Below, piece after piece: positions 18,944 to 28,738 of a DNA stretch of 64,000 bases. Source of the DNA: an uncultured Candidatus Saccharibacteria bacterium (GTDB taxonomy: Bacteria; Patescibacteriota; Minisyncoccia; Phycocordibacterales; DSPV01); NCBI GenBank assembly GCA_964349135.1, contig CAYGFK010000003.1, forward strand, positions 12,252 to 76,251, given 5' to 3'. A program made the position numbers and the translations under genes. The notes under the pieces are model-generated. The model saw nothing but the letters and a program-made list of their open reading frames with translations. It was not told the origin of the DNA and did no database searches. Within the stretch, counting starts at the first letter, position 1. The number at the start of each line of letters is the position of its first letter.

Positions 18944-20098
18944 ATGGCCACGTTTGGCAAGCTATTTCTTATATTCCACGGACGTTTCCCCGGCGAGAAA
19001 GCCGCGGCTATTTTTACTGCCAAGAGCGCGGAAGCGTTTGCTGAATTAGGGTTTGAGGTGGTCGTACTCGCGCCACGCCGTCTCGGGCGTTCGCGCGAGA
19101 GCCCATCAAAGTATTTTGGGACAAAGAATAATTTCCGTGTGGTTTTCTTGCCGGTCGTAGATATCTTCTGGATGCCATTTTTGAAGCGCTTTGCGTTCCT
19201 GAAGAGCTATGTAACCTTCTCAATGAGCGTCTTTTTCTATCTGCTCTTTAGGGCAGAGAAGAACGATATCATTTATTCAAATGAAGCATTACCGCTTCTC
19301 TATGCGTCACTCGTTTCGTCTAAGACCTTCTATGAAGTTCATGATTTCCCGAAAAAGTCGTGGGTGAATAAAAGACTCTTTATGCGCGCGCAGGGAATAA
19401 TCGTGACAAACCGATGGAAGCGCGATGAGCTCATCAAGCGTTTTCGTCTCGCGCCTCGGCGGGTTTTATTTGAACCCAATGCGGTAGATGCGTTTCGGTT
19501 TGGGAGTGCCAAAGGTGAACCTGTCAGACAGCATCTCCCGCTTCCTGGAGGAACAATTCTTGTTGGGTATGCCGGGTCGCTTAAAACTATGGGTATGGAA
19601 AAGGGGATTGAGTTATTGCTTAAAGTAATGTCTCTTTTGTCGGAGCAATTCCGCTTACTCATTATTGGCGGACTTCGGGAAGATATTGCTATGTACCAAA
19701 AGCAGACAGAAAAGCTTGGGATTGAGAAGCGGGTCGTATTTGCCGGATGGATGCATTACGATAATGTGCCGGAGCACTTAGCCGCCTGTGATGTGCTTGT
19801 CGCGCCGTTCCCGAAGACAGAGCATTATGACCTCTATATGTCGCCGATGAAACTTTTTGAGTATATGGCGGTCGGTAAGCCCATTGTGGCAAGCCGTCTG
19901 CGTGCCATTGAAGAGGTCGTTGATGACTCATCAGCGTTCCTTGTCGAGCCGGGCAGTGCACAGGCGCTTGCCGATGGTATTGTCTCTGCAATAGGGGAAG
20001 GTGCTTCGTTGCGCGCGGAGCGCGCTCAGGAGAAGGTTGCAGACCATACCTGGGATAAGCGTGCGGAGCGTATTGCCAACTTTATAAAATCAGAGTAA
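18944..20098 (+). CDS. Glycosyltransferase family 4
   Basis: GT-B architecture with FEYMAVGKPIVASRL at the C-terminus. Confidence 0.65.
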   Translation: MATFGKLFLIFHGRFPGEKAAAIFTAKSAEAFAELGFEVVVLAPRRLGRSRESPSKYFGTKNNFRVVFLPVVDIFWMPFLKRFAFLKSYVTFSMSVFFYLLFRAEKNDIIYSNEALPLLYASLVSSKTFYEVHDFPKKSWVNKRLFMRAQGIIVTNRWKRDELIKRFRLAPRRVLFEPNAVDAFRFGSAKGEPVRQHLPLPGGTILVGYAGSLKTMGMEKGIELLLKVMSLLSEQFRLLIIGGLREDIAMYQKQTEKLGIEKRVVFAGWMHYDNVPEHLAACDVLVAPFPKTEHYDLYMSPMKLFEYMAVGKPIVASRLRAIEEVVDDSSAFLVEPGSAQALADGIVSAIGEGASLRAERAQEKVADHTWDKRAERIANFIKSE

Positions 20099-20108
20099 TT
20101 TTTAGGAT

Positions 20109-20684
20109 ATGATAAAGACAAGTGATACTCAATTAGCTGAACAACTTGCCAGGAATATAAAGGCGGTAATTTTCGATGGCGATGGTGTTATCTTTAGTGG
20201 GCAAGTGCTTGTGGGGCCAAACGGAGAGTCGCACAAAACGCGGAGCCATATCGATGGTCAAGGTATCTCCCTCTTGCGCTCGGCTGGGTTTAAGGTCGCG
20301 CTCGTGACGGCGGAGAATTCGCCGTTCGCGGATAAGTTTCTTGAAAAGATGAACGGTCTACCGAGTGTTCAGTCGGGAGCGTGGGAGCCGATGGAAATGG
20401 TTAAAGATGTCATCGGCACCGACAAAGTCAGCGCGGTTGGCGCGTGGGTTGAGAGACACAAGCTTTCATGGGATGAATGTGCGTACATGGGCGACGATAT
20501 CGGGGATTATGCTGTGATGGAGCACGTGGCTTTTCGGGCATGTCCCGCGAGCGCGGAAGAGATGATTAAAAGCTTTTCGCACTTTGTTGCTAAACGTGAA
20601 GGGGGAAACGGCGCCGTGCGTGACTTTTGCAACTTCTTGCTTGATGTCAAGGGTATAAATGAGAAGACTCTCTCGCTTCGGTAA
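20109..20684 (+). CDS. HAD-IIIA phosphatase of the KdsC/YrbI family (Kdo-8-P / nonulosonate-9-P phosphatase-like)
   Basis: IKAVIFDGDGVIFSG...VALVTAENSPFADKFLEKMN...GDDIGD. Confidence 0.65.
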   Translation: MIKTSDTQLAEQLARNIKAVIFDGDGVIFSGQVLVGPNGESHKTRSHIDGQGISLLRSAGFKVALVTAENSPFADKFLEKMNGLPSVQSGAWEPMEMVKDVIGTDKVSAVGAWVERHKLSWDECAYMGDDIGDYAVMEHVAFRACPASAEEMIKSFSHFVAKREGGNGAVRDFCNFLLDVKGINEKTLSLR

Positions 20685-20703
20685 GTTTAAATAGAAAAAA
20701 GGC

Positions 20704-20738
20704 CCCTGCCCGTTAAACGGACAGGGGGGTTTTGATTT
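20704..20738. terminator. Hairpin terminator between convergent genes
   Basis: CCCCTGCCCG..CGGACAGGGG stem with one mismatch, followed by TTTTGATTT. Confidence 0.55.
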
Positions 20739-22242
20739 CTTTCTGTGCATGGCTCATGCGCAGAATGTAGGGGGGGATGTGAGTCCCGTGCTGTCCCATT
20801 GAATGCTCATAGAACAGTGAAGGCGCGCTCGGATTAAATGGAATGCCAAGAATCCTGCGTACCTCTTGCTCAACCTCGTCACGAAGCGTGACGAGGTCTT
20901 GTGGGGAGAGTGTCTCAGTATAGACATATGAGATGTAACCTCCGTTCGGGTCGCCTTTGTAGTACTCAGCTCGCGTCGTGAAGTCCGAGTCTATCTGATA
21001 GAGCGCCGCTCCGGTTTTTTGGTAGGTGTACTTCCAAATGCCGGGTTTGTCCGGTACAGGCACCGCCTCGTCGTAATACGGAGTGCCGGGGTAGCAGGTG
21101 ATGATTGTTGCATCGAAATCATCGGGCTTCGTTTGAATCAACCATTCCTTGGTTTGCATGACGGTTTCCCGCGTCTCTCCCGGGTGCCCGATAGACATGA
21201 GCGCTTTGACCTTAAGGCCGTTGCGGTGCGCTATTTCCATGCACCGGGTGTTTTCTTCTCTCGTCGCTCTCTTGTTGATTGCGTCGAGAATGGTTGGTGC
21301 ACCTGATTCAAATCCAACCAGAATCCAGCGGAATCCGGCGTCAAACATCGCTTTCGCCTGTTCGTCCGTGAAGAGTTGGGATTTGATGAAGCCACGAAGG
21401 CGCCACTCTATTCCAAGGTCACGTTGTGTTTTGGCGATGAGTTGCATCAGGTCCAACATGTTTGGATTGACGTTGAGTTCGTCATCGTAGAACATAAAGC
21501 CCTTGAAGCCGTAGGTTTCGTAGAGATGCACCATTTCGGCGATGATGTTTTCGGAGGGGCGTGTTCTGATGCGTCGCAACATGGGGGAAGACCGGCCTCC
21601 ACAGAATCCGCAGAGGAAGGGACATCCAAGCTGGGCGATGAGCGACACCGCACGCACTCCTTCAACGGAGTAATGGTAACTGCTGACATCGACAAGTTCC
21701 CGGGCGGGAAGCGGTAGCTCAGTGAGCCGACGGTCCGTGAGGAACATTTCTGACTTAGGGTCGTCAGCGTCTATGAGTCCTTGGGCCTCAGGGCGTAGAG
21801 CGGGAAAGATTGCATCTTCTCCGTCTCCGGCAACGAGAATGTCGAAGGACTTCTCAAGCTGTTGCATTGCCGTATTGGCTCGCAAAAGATTTCCGAGTTT
21901 CCGTTCCTTTTTTACGGCCGCATTCACCAGAGTGATGTGCGGTCCGCCGAGGATGATTTTTGCGCTTGGATTTCGAGCGCGAATTTCTCCGGCTATTTCG
22001 ACCGAAGATGGCATTTGTGGCGTGGTCGCCGTGATTCCGAAGCAGTGAATGTCAGGGTGTTCAATCGCGTAGTCCGCGATGACGTCCAGGTGGTTTTTTA
22101 CCCCTGAGAGGTCCATGACATGCACATTTGCTCCAGCGTGTTTGAGTACCGCGGCCACTTTGAGGATGCCAAGCGACATAAAGACGCGTTGGTCAAGCAA
22201 AAAAGGCGAAGGCGGTATGATGAGGCATACTGAGGTATTCAT
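20713..22242 (-). CDS. Cobalamin-binding radical-SAM enzyme (class B rSAM methyltransferase-like)
   Basis: N-terminal B12-binding-like domain (CLIIPPSP...GILKVAAVLKHAGANVHVMDL) and a CxxxCxxC-type cluster CPFLCGFCG. The ORF extends to 22314; the start at MNTSVCL (22242) is a guess. Confidence 0.6.
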   Translation of the reverse strand: MNTSVCLIIPPSPFLLDQRVFMSLGILKVAAVLKHAGANVHVMDLSGVKNHLDVIADYAIEHPDIHCFGITATTPQMPSSVEIAGEIRARNPSAKIILGGPHITLVNAAVKKERKLGNLLRANTAMQQLEKSFDILVAGDGEDAIFPALRPEAQGLIDADDPKSEMFLTDRRLTELPLPARELVDVSSYHYSVEGVRAVSLIAQLGCPFLCGFCGGRSSPMLRRIRTRPSENIIAEMVHLYETYGFKGFMFYDDELNVNPNMLDLMQLIAKTQRDLGIEWRLRGFIKSQLFTDEQAKAMFDAGFRWILVGFESGAPTILDAINKRATREENTRCMEIAHRNGLKVKALMSIGHPGETRETVMQTKEWLIQTKPDDFDATIITCYPGTPYYDEAVPVPDKPGIWKYTYQKTGAALYQIDSDFTTRAEYYKGDPNGGYISYVYTETLSPQDLVTLRDEVEQEVRRILGIPFNPSAPSLFYEHSMGQHGTHIPPYILRMSHAQKEIKTPLSV

Positions 22243-22325
22243 GGGGTATAAAAGTGCTCGGAACGTTGCGTTCCGTTCTTGGGGCATAGTATCGTATCTA
22301 CCCACCTCACGCAATAAGCGCGCGG

Positions 22326-23351
22326 TTATCTCCTGAAACGACTTACGAGGGCTTCAAGTATGAATTTTGCAATGTCGCGACACTGCTCTTTAGTGTTGAG
22401 GTGTGATGAAAGTGATGAGTCCCAAAATAACGACCATGCGTCACGGGTTCGTTTTTGATTCGCGCGACACGACTTCAAGAAACGCTCAGCGAGGACCTCA
22501 TCGAATATCTTCTGAGGATAGTTTTTCCGTTCATCATTCGCTTCTTTTAACTTCAAGAGCCACCTTTCGCGCTTTTGCAAGAATAGTCCTGGATTATCTC
22601 CAACGTAATCATAGTTGGTTCGATGGAGTTCAAGTTCCTCCAGAGCAGGTTCTATTCCAAGCTTTTTAAGTTCTCCGATGATAAGTTTATCCATAATGCC
22701 TTTTCTCTTATTGGCATGGATTTTTGATATTCCTTTAGTGTGGGAGCGATATTCGGTGAGTATTTCGCGTAGAATAGAAAATTTCGAGCCTTGTGTAAGC
22801 ATGCGAAGCCAAAGGTCGACATCTTCTACAGGCATCATAGACTGTCTGAAAGGTTCTCGGGGAAGGGCAGAGCGACGTAGCATGGCTGATGAACAGGCGA
22901 ATATGTTATGAAAGAGAAGTGTCGCCGATATTTTTTCTGTGGATATTCGGTCCTTAAGAATAAGACCTGTCGGTTTACCGTGTTCGTCTATGATGCGGAC
23001 CCAACTCGCGAGCATGTCGATTCTCGGGTGCAAATCAAGAAAGGACACTTGCTTTTGAAGTCGTGTGGGGTACATACGGTCGTCGGCATCGAGGATGGCG
23101 ATATATTCGCCCTTGCTTTCGATAACTGCTTTGGTACGTGAAGCAGCTGAGCCAATATTTTCTGTATTTGTTAGTACGCGTATTCTTGGGTTAGTGAACT
23201 TAGAGAGTGTGTCTTTTGTGCGGTCTGTTGAGCCGTCGTCTACGATGACGAGTTCAAAGTCTGTAAAGGTTTGGTTAAGCACACTTTGAATTGCTTCGGC
23301 GATGAAGCGTTCCCCGTTATAAACTGGCATGATGACGGATACTCTTGCCAC
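22326..23351 (-). CDS. Glycosyltransferase family 2
   Basis: VSVIMPVYNGERFIAEAIQSVLNQTF..FELVIVDDGSTD. Confidence 0.75.
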   Translation of the reverse strand: MARVSVIMPVYNGERFIAEAIQSVLNQTFTDFELVIVDDGSTDRTKDTLSKFTNPRIRVLTNTENIGSAASRTKAVIESKGEYIAILDADDRMYPTRLQKQVSFLDLHPRIDMLASWVRIIDEHGKPTGLILKDRISTEKISATLLFHNIFACSSAMLRRSALPREPFRQSMMPVEDVDLWLRMLTQGSKFSILREILTEYRSHTKGISKIHANKRKGIMDKLIIGELKKLGIEPALEELELHRTNYDYVGDNPGLFLQKRERWLLKLKEANDERKNYPQKIFDEVLAERFLKSCRANQKRTRDAWSLFWDSSLSSHLNTKEQCRDIAKFILEALVSRFRR

Positions 23352-23353
23352 GG

Positions 23354-24169
23354 TTATATTCGTATCCAGTTATTCGGAATAATTTCCTGCGGTCCTTTAT
23401 TCGAGTCTACGAACCAGTGTTTGGGCGCAACGATTGTCTTATCAGCGTTTGGGTTGAGCCATGCGCCCCACCAGGAGAAAGAGGAATTTGCGATGAGGTG
23501 GTGCTTACACGCACTCATTAAAAGAATTGACTCCGGTGCGCTGATACCTGTTTCAGGGATGAATTCCATCTGATGGACTGAATTGAGATTTTTTTTGCAC
23601 CATTCGATATCGTCTGAGAAAACAAAAAAAACGGGCTCAGCAACTTTTTCCGCGAGTATTTCCATACCTTTTATGTGGTACTCAACAGGCATAACTCCGT
23701 GCAGGTTGACGTGTTTGGCTTGCAAGTAGTCTCCTCGGCGTATGTGAACGGAAATTGCGTTGCTTGATTCAATTTCGTTTTTCCACAGAGAGGCCTGCTC
23801 GCCAAAACCATTTTTGAGTGTGAATTCTTTGTGTATAGTGTCTGCTATCGGTTTGAAATACTTTTCACTCTGCCAGAATCCTTCGAGGATAGTATGGTCG
23901 GGGATATCAAACACGTTCTCAGAAAATAGACGGGGTTCGGTGACGATTTTTTGCGTTTTGAATTTATCCGATAATGTACTCAAAAAAGACGTCTTCTTTA
24001 TTGAGGCATTGATATTAAATACACTCAGCTCGAAGGCTCGATTTGAACTTCTCTCATAAAACGAGATATCGAGGGTTAAGGGAATATTTTGATGCAGAGA
24101 AACCGCTCTGCCGTAGGCATATTGAAACATCTGATTCCCAAGCCCTCCTTGTATCTTAACGGTGAACAT
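23354..24169 (-). CDS. GT11-family alpha-1,2-fucosyltransferase-like glycosyltransferase
   Basis: N-terminal GGLGNQMFQYAYGRA motif characteristic of FutC/WbgL-type GT11. Confidence 0.7.
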   Translation of the reverse strand: MFTVKIQGGLGNQMFQYAYGRAVSLHQNIPLTLDISFYERSSNRAFELSVFNINASIKKTSFLSTLSDKFKTQKIVTEPRLFSENVFDIPDHTILEGFWQSEKYFKPIADTIHKEFTLKNGFGEQASLWKNEIESSNAISVHIRRGDYLQAKHVNLHGVMPVEYHIKGMEILAEKVAEPVFFVFSDDIEWCKKNLNSVHQMEFIPETGISAPESILLMSACKHHLIANSSFSWWGAWLNPNADKTIVAPKHWFVDSNKGPQEIIPNNWIRI

Positions 24170-25403
24170 CGGTGAGTTCGTTATATAATTTTTCGTAATC
24201 GTTTACCATGCGTGTTTCTGTGAATTGGTCGAGGATGATTTGTCGACATCGCTTGCTCATCGCAGAACGGTCGGTTTCCGTCATGGCTCGAGCTGTTTCG
24301 ATAGCTTTCGCGTAAACTTCGAATCGGGCCTCATGAGGGATTAGCCATCCATGTGTGCCGTGCTCAAACGCTTCTTTAACGCCACCAGTATCGCGCGCGA
24401 TGACTGGTGTTCCGCACGCAAGTGCTTCAAGGATGGTGAGCGGGAATGTTTCTTTGGGGGAGGGGGAGAGGAATATATCTGTCGCACTGTAATATTGCGC
24501 GACTACTTTGGGGTTGGTGAGATGCGGCACCGTTCGCTCCTGTTCGCTTTGTGTCGAAGCTCGGCCTCCAATCGAAAGAAAGAAGATGTTTGTGTTATCT
24601 CGATAGTGTTTTTTCAAATCTTCTACTATGTTCCATCCTTTCTCGTTGCTTTGGCCTATCGTAGCGACATAGAGAATGATAAATGCATCCTGGGGCAGTC
24701 CGAGCGCCTCGCGCGCCATCTTTTTGTCTTGGGGTATATACATCTTCTCATCAACACCGTTATAGATAACCGAGATATTGTGGTCTCTGAGAACACTTTG
24801 AGATACTTTTTCTTTGAGCCATTGGCACGGTGTGACGATATGAAATGTTGATTCTCGGTAAGCACCCCGTTTTATTTTTCGTAAGTGTTTTTCGTTAGGC
24901 CATGCGATATTTTGATAAGCGGTCCTGCTTTCGCAATCGAAGAAGCCGTCTGTTGTTGTAGAGCGGGTGGTGTGTGCACAGTGCGGGGTAAGTGCCCACA
25001 TGTCATGGAGTGTCCAGATGACAGGTGCTTTTTTTGCCAAGGAAGCAAGCTCGGTGATGTTGAAATAATTTCCATGCAGATTGTGGCAATGAATGATTGA
25101 AGGTTTTTGGTTTTTTACTGCTTTGCGGAGTGCCCATGTGTTGAACCACTCAATGTCGTTCGCTAAAAGCGGTCGTATGCGGTTGTGTAATGTCGCACCG
25201 AAATCTTTTCCAGTGATGTTCTTGAGCAGTGTGGTGAGTAGGCCGGGAGTTCTGATGGAATGGACGTCGGGGTCATAAGAGCGCCTATCTTTCACGAAAA
25301 GTGATACGGCATGACCTCGTCTCGTGAGGGCTTGCTTGAGACGATAGGCCACATTCGCGGCTCCGCCACCTAGGTCTGATGTGTTTATCTCAAAGACATT
25401 CAT
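24156..25403 (-). CDS. Glycosyltransferase family 4
   Basis: GT-B fold with TILEALACGTPVIARDTGGVKE at the C-terminus. Confidence 0.65.
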   Translation of the reverse strand: MNVFEINTSDLGGGAANVAYRLKQALTRRGHAVSLFVKDRRSYDPDVHSIRTPGLLTTLLKNITGKDFGATLHNRIRPLLANDIEWFNTWALRKAVKNQKPSIIHCHNLHGNYFNITELASLAKKAPVIWTLHDMWALTPHCAHTTRSTTTDGFFDCESRTAYQNIAWPNEKHLRKIKRGAYRESTFHIVTPCQWLKEKVSQSVLRDHNISVIYNGVDEKMYIPQDKKMAREALGLPQDAFIILYVATIGQSNEKGWNIVEDLKKHYRDNTNIFFLSIGGRASTQSEQERTVPHLTNPKVVAQYYSATDIFLSPSPKETFPLTILEALACGTPVIARDTGGVKEAFEHGTHGWLIPHEARFEVYAKAIETARAMTETDRSAMSKRCRQIILDQFTETRMVNDYEKLYNELTDVHR

Positions 25404-27208
25404 GTTCTTGATGTCGCCGCGCGTACGGTTTCAAGGAAATAAAAGAGCTCTTTTCGAGGTGATGAGCCGAAGAGCCCCCTTCGAGACGCTTCATACCATA
25501 GTGCTGGAATGTAGAAATCCTCAAGCATTTCTTCATCGACCACACCACGGTATTCCTGAAGAATTAGACCTAGATATTTCTTATATTCAGATTTCTCCCT
25601 GTCTTGCATGCTGTACCCCGTGACGGAGAGCAGAAACCGCATGAGCTCGATTGGAATGAGGCCGAATTCGTCTTTCTCTTCGTCGATGAGGGAGACTGAG
25701 CCGTTACTGACGAAGGTGTTCCCAAGCCATACGTCCCCGTGATTACGTGAGAATATATCTTTGTGTGCATAGCGTTCGTTTATCTTCTTGAGGTTTGAGG
25801 TAAGTTCCGGGGTTAGCATTTCATGTTTTTCGGCTATGTCGTGTACCCACTCGGTGAATCGTACAAGTCGATTTGGCGAACTTTCTGTTTTTCGGTGATA
25901 TTTTTCTTTGAGCACGGAGAGGGTCTTTTGGAAAAGAGTCGTATCCATTTGTTCAGGCGAAGTCCCGGACGCTTTTTCTTCTGAGATTAGAACATCTGAC
26001 GTCATCGAGGGCGTTTTATAAAATTTCTCTGAAGAAAGCGAGTAGGCAAGCATGTTGTTAAACCCTCGATAGAAATAGAGCGGACCATGGTCGTTCTTCT
26101 CTTTTTCGATACGTTGTTCAAAGTCTGATTCAAGTACGCCATCTTTCGTAAAATAGATGAGGAAGTTTGGGGTGAGCATGGAAAAGAACCACGCACTCAA
26201 ACGGTTTTTCGCATGTTTAAATTGCGTCATCTTGCTCTTGAGGACATCACGTCCGCGGGGGACGAGAGGGATTGCCGTGTCATCAATGGCGGCGTAGGCG
26301 AGGTTGTAGGTGAAATTGGTATGGAAAATCCGATTCTTGGAAATACCGGCATCGGCGAGCAGTTTTTTGTATCCGTTCTTCGTATAGGTATAGACGCGAT
26401 AATATTTCCCGCCGACGGCTTGTGCGGTCGTATCAAAGTGGAAATTACCCTTTTTCCTCTTGAGAAAGCAGACGAGGTTTGCGAGGAACCGTGGCATGAG
26501 AGATGTGTATTTGATGCCACTGTGGTCAAGCGCCCCTCTGAAATATTGGATTCCAGTTCGGTTTTCGATACCAACGTAGCAGACACCATCCGGCTTCAGT
26601 ACACGGGCAATTTCTTTGAGAAATCGAATTTGGACGTCTCGCGGACTTTCGTCGAAATTGGCTATCGCGGCCCATTCGAGCATGCCGTTTGCCGAGACAA
26701 AGTCGAAGTAGTTGTCAGGAAAGGGAAGCGAGTTCGTATTTCCTTTTAAGATAGTCCAGTTTTTTATTCCGTCCTGTCTTTTTCTTATCGTTTGAAAACG
26801 GACACGCTCGCGTACAAGTTCAAGTGAATAAACTTCTCCAAAAAGCTTTGAGAGGGCAGAAGGGATGGCACCGAGTCCGCTTCCGAGGTCGAGACACCTC
26901 TCACCGCGGTCTTTGCGGTATATGAAGTTGATAAATGCTGAGCGCCCGTCTTCGTTGAGGAAGTATTCAAAGAGGTCGCGTCGGGGATGGTCTTTGAAGT
27001 ATTCGAAGCATGCCTTACGAAACCCTTTCTTCTCGGCCCGTTCATTCAACGCCTTCATCTCCTCTAGGGAAAGCTCTCCCCAGTAGAAGTCATTTTCAGG
27101 GTCATAATCGAAATAGCCATCTTCCATTTTAAATGAGGCGCCACATGAGACGCAGGTTGATGCGCCATGAGGTATGAGTTTTCGACATTTTGGACAGAAG
27201 ATATTCAT
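25400..27208 (-). CDS. Tri-domain protein: N-terminal Zn-ribbon, class I SAM methyltransferase, C-terminal protein-kinase-like (APH/choline-kinase-type) phosphotransferase
   Basis: Zn ribbon CPKCRK...CVSCG; methyltransferase motif I CLDLGSGLGAIP; kinase catalytic motif HGDVWLGNTFV...IDEE. Start chosen at MNIFCPKC (27208), 2 nt from the upstream stop; an alternative start is 27238. Confidence 0.55.
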   Translation of the reverse strand: MNIFCPKCRKLIPHGASTCVSCGASFKMEDGYFDYDPENDFYWGELSLEEMKALNERAEKKGFRKACFEYFKDHPRRDLFEYFLNEDGRSAFINFIYRKDRGERCLDLGSGLGAIPSALSKLFGEVYSLELVRERVRFQTIRKRQDGIKNWTILKGNTNSLPFPDNYFDFVSANGMLEWAAIANFDESPRDVQIRFLKEIARVLKPDGVCYVGIENRTGIQYFRGALDHSGIKYTSLMPRFLANLVCFLKRKKGNFHFDTTAQAVGGKYYRVYTYTKNGYKKLLADAGISKNRIFHTNFTYNLAYAAIDDTAIPLVPRGRDVLKSKMTQFKHAKNRLSAWFFSMLTPNFLIYFTKDGVLESDFEQRIEKEKNDHGPLYFYRGFNNMLAYSLSSEKFYKTPSMTSDVLISEEKASGTSPEQMDTTLFQKTLSVLKEKYHRKTESSPNRLVRFTEWVHDIAEKHEMLTPELTSNLKKINERYAHKDIFSRNHGDVWLGNTFVSNGSVSLIDEEKDEFGLIPIELMRFLLSVTGYSMQDREKSEYKKYLGLILQEYRGVVDEEMLEDFYIPALWYEASRRGLFGSSPRKELFYFLETVRAATSRT

Positions 27209-27210
27209 AG

Positions 27211-28005
27211 TTATTTTACGGCCGTGAAGAAAATCCAATTCGGGTGCGTTTCGCCGGGTCCGGGAGGACGAATCCAGTATTCAAAGTTTTTAAAGCCGAT
27301 TGATTCAAGGTCTTTTTGAACCTCGTCAGGGGACTCAACACGGGTATCGCGTCCTCCGTTAGTTAAAAGCGCCCAATACGCATTCTCGTGATACCCGACC
27401 GACCCCTTTTTTCCCGGTCCGTATCCCATTTGTATTGAGAGTCGTCCGCCCGAGGCGAGTACGCGATAAAACTCTGTAAGCAGGCGTCTTCTGATGTTGT
27501 ATGAGCAGATGTGCTGAAGTGCGATGGTTGAGAAGACAAAATGGTACATTCCGGACGGTATTGCAGAGAGGTCCATGCCGTTATTGGTGTAAAGTTCGGT
27601 TTTGATGTCACGGCTATCGAGATTCGCTCGGGCGTTTTTAATATTCGTCTCGCTGATATCAACGCCGTCAACACGTTTAAATCGGTTGTGGTACTTGATG
27701 ATGTTGCGACCCGGTCCTGTGGCAAAATCGAGTGCGAGTTTATCTTTATAGTCTCCTGCATACTTCATCAGGTACTCGTCGTAATCCTTCCACGTGTTGT
27801 GGTCATCATATCCTGCGCCGACAACGTATTCTTTGACCTTCCCGGGCGTGTAGTCTGATTTGCTCGCCATATTCTCGTACATTTTTTTCTGAAAGAACGC
27901 GTAGCGTTTCTCTCCCGGAAGGAAGAGCCATGTAAAGAATGACAGGCCAAAAACCTGGATATAGTTGGCGACGAGATAGTATTTTCGCCGGACAGGGGAA
28001 ATCAT
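27211..28005 (-). CDS. Class I SAM-dependent methyltransferase with N-terminal TM helix
   Basis: LDFATGPGRNIIKY...VDGVDISETNI. Confidence 0.55.
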   Translation of the reverse strand: MISPVRRKYYLVANYIQVFGLSFFTWLFLPGEKRYAFFQKKMYENMASKSDYTPGKVKEYVVGAGYDDHNTWKDYDEYLMKYAGDYKDKLALDFATGPGRNIIKYHNRFKRVDGVDISETNIKNARANLDSRDIKTELYTNNGMDLSAIPSGMYHFVFSTIALQHICSYNIRRRLLTEFYRVLASGGRLSIQMGYGPGKKGSVGYHENAYWALLTNGGRDTRVESPDEVQKDLESIGFKNFEYWIRPPGPGETHPNWIFFTAVK

Positions 28006-28733
28006 GCTTTCTCTAATATAACGATAAGCTCTTTATTTTCGGTCGTTCCCGTGTGATTGACGAAATTTCTCATACCAATCCATGGCGACTCTCTCTCGAA
28101 TATCTTCTTGAATTTCTCCTGCCAGAGTCTTTCAACATCTTTCTCGGTCATGCTATGAGGGTGGGCAAGGTCGCGTTTTATATTTTCTTTGAAAATCTCG
28201 ATAGTCAGTACGAAAAGCCCGTTTTTACGCAACACTCTATGAATTTCACTCAGTGCCTTTGAGGGGTTAGTGACGTGGTCAAGCGCGTTTGTGCAGAAGA
28301 CAACATCAAAGAAATTATCTTGAAAAGGGATATTTTCGCTCCACGCCTTTTGGATGGAAATATCAGATGGAAAGGTATACGATTTCTTGTATTCATCAGC
28401 CAGAGGGTCAATCCCGTATCTCTGTCCCTTGATAAAGTGTAGTACGGTGCTAATCCCACATCCGACATCGAGTATTTTTGTCGTAGGTTCGAATTTACAT
28501 ATATTCTTGATATCGTCTAAATACCGGTATTTTTCCCAATACGCAAGCACTCTATCTTTATTTTTTTTGAATTCATTGGCCCACGCTATCTGAAATGCAA
28601 GCTCTGCGGTGTATTTATCGGAAATGAATGACAATAGTTTTTTTACTCCAAACAACTTCAGAATCGATTTAATCGGTTGAGGTGTCTTTTTAGCGATTTC
28701 TGAGAATTTGAGTGCCGTTCGTTTAAGCGACAT
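28002..28733 (-). CDS. Class I SAM-dependent methyltransferase
   Basis: ILDVGCGISTVLHFI...NFFDVVFCTNALDHV. Confidence 0.6.
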   Translation of the reverse strand: MSLKRTALKFSEIAKKTPQPIKSILKLFGVKKLLSFISDKYTAELAFQIAWANEFKKNKDRVLAYWEKYRYLDDIKNICKFEPTTKILDVGCGISTVLHFIKGQRYGIDPLADEYKKSYTFPSDISIQKAWSENIPFQDNFFDVVFCTNALDHVTNPSKALSEIHRVLRKNGLFVLTIEIFKENIKRDLAHPHSMTEKDVERLWQEKFKKIFERESPWIGMRNFVNHTGTTENKELIVILEKA

Positions 28734-28738
28734 GGGTT

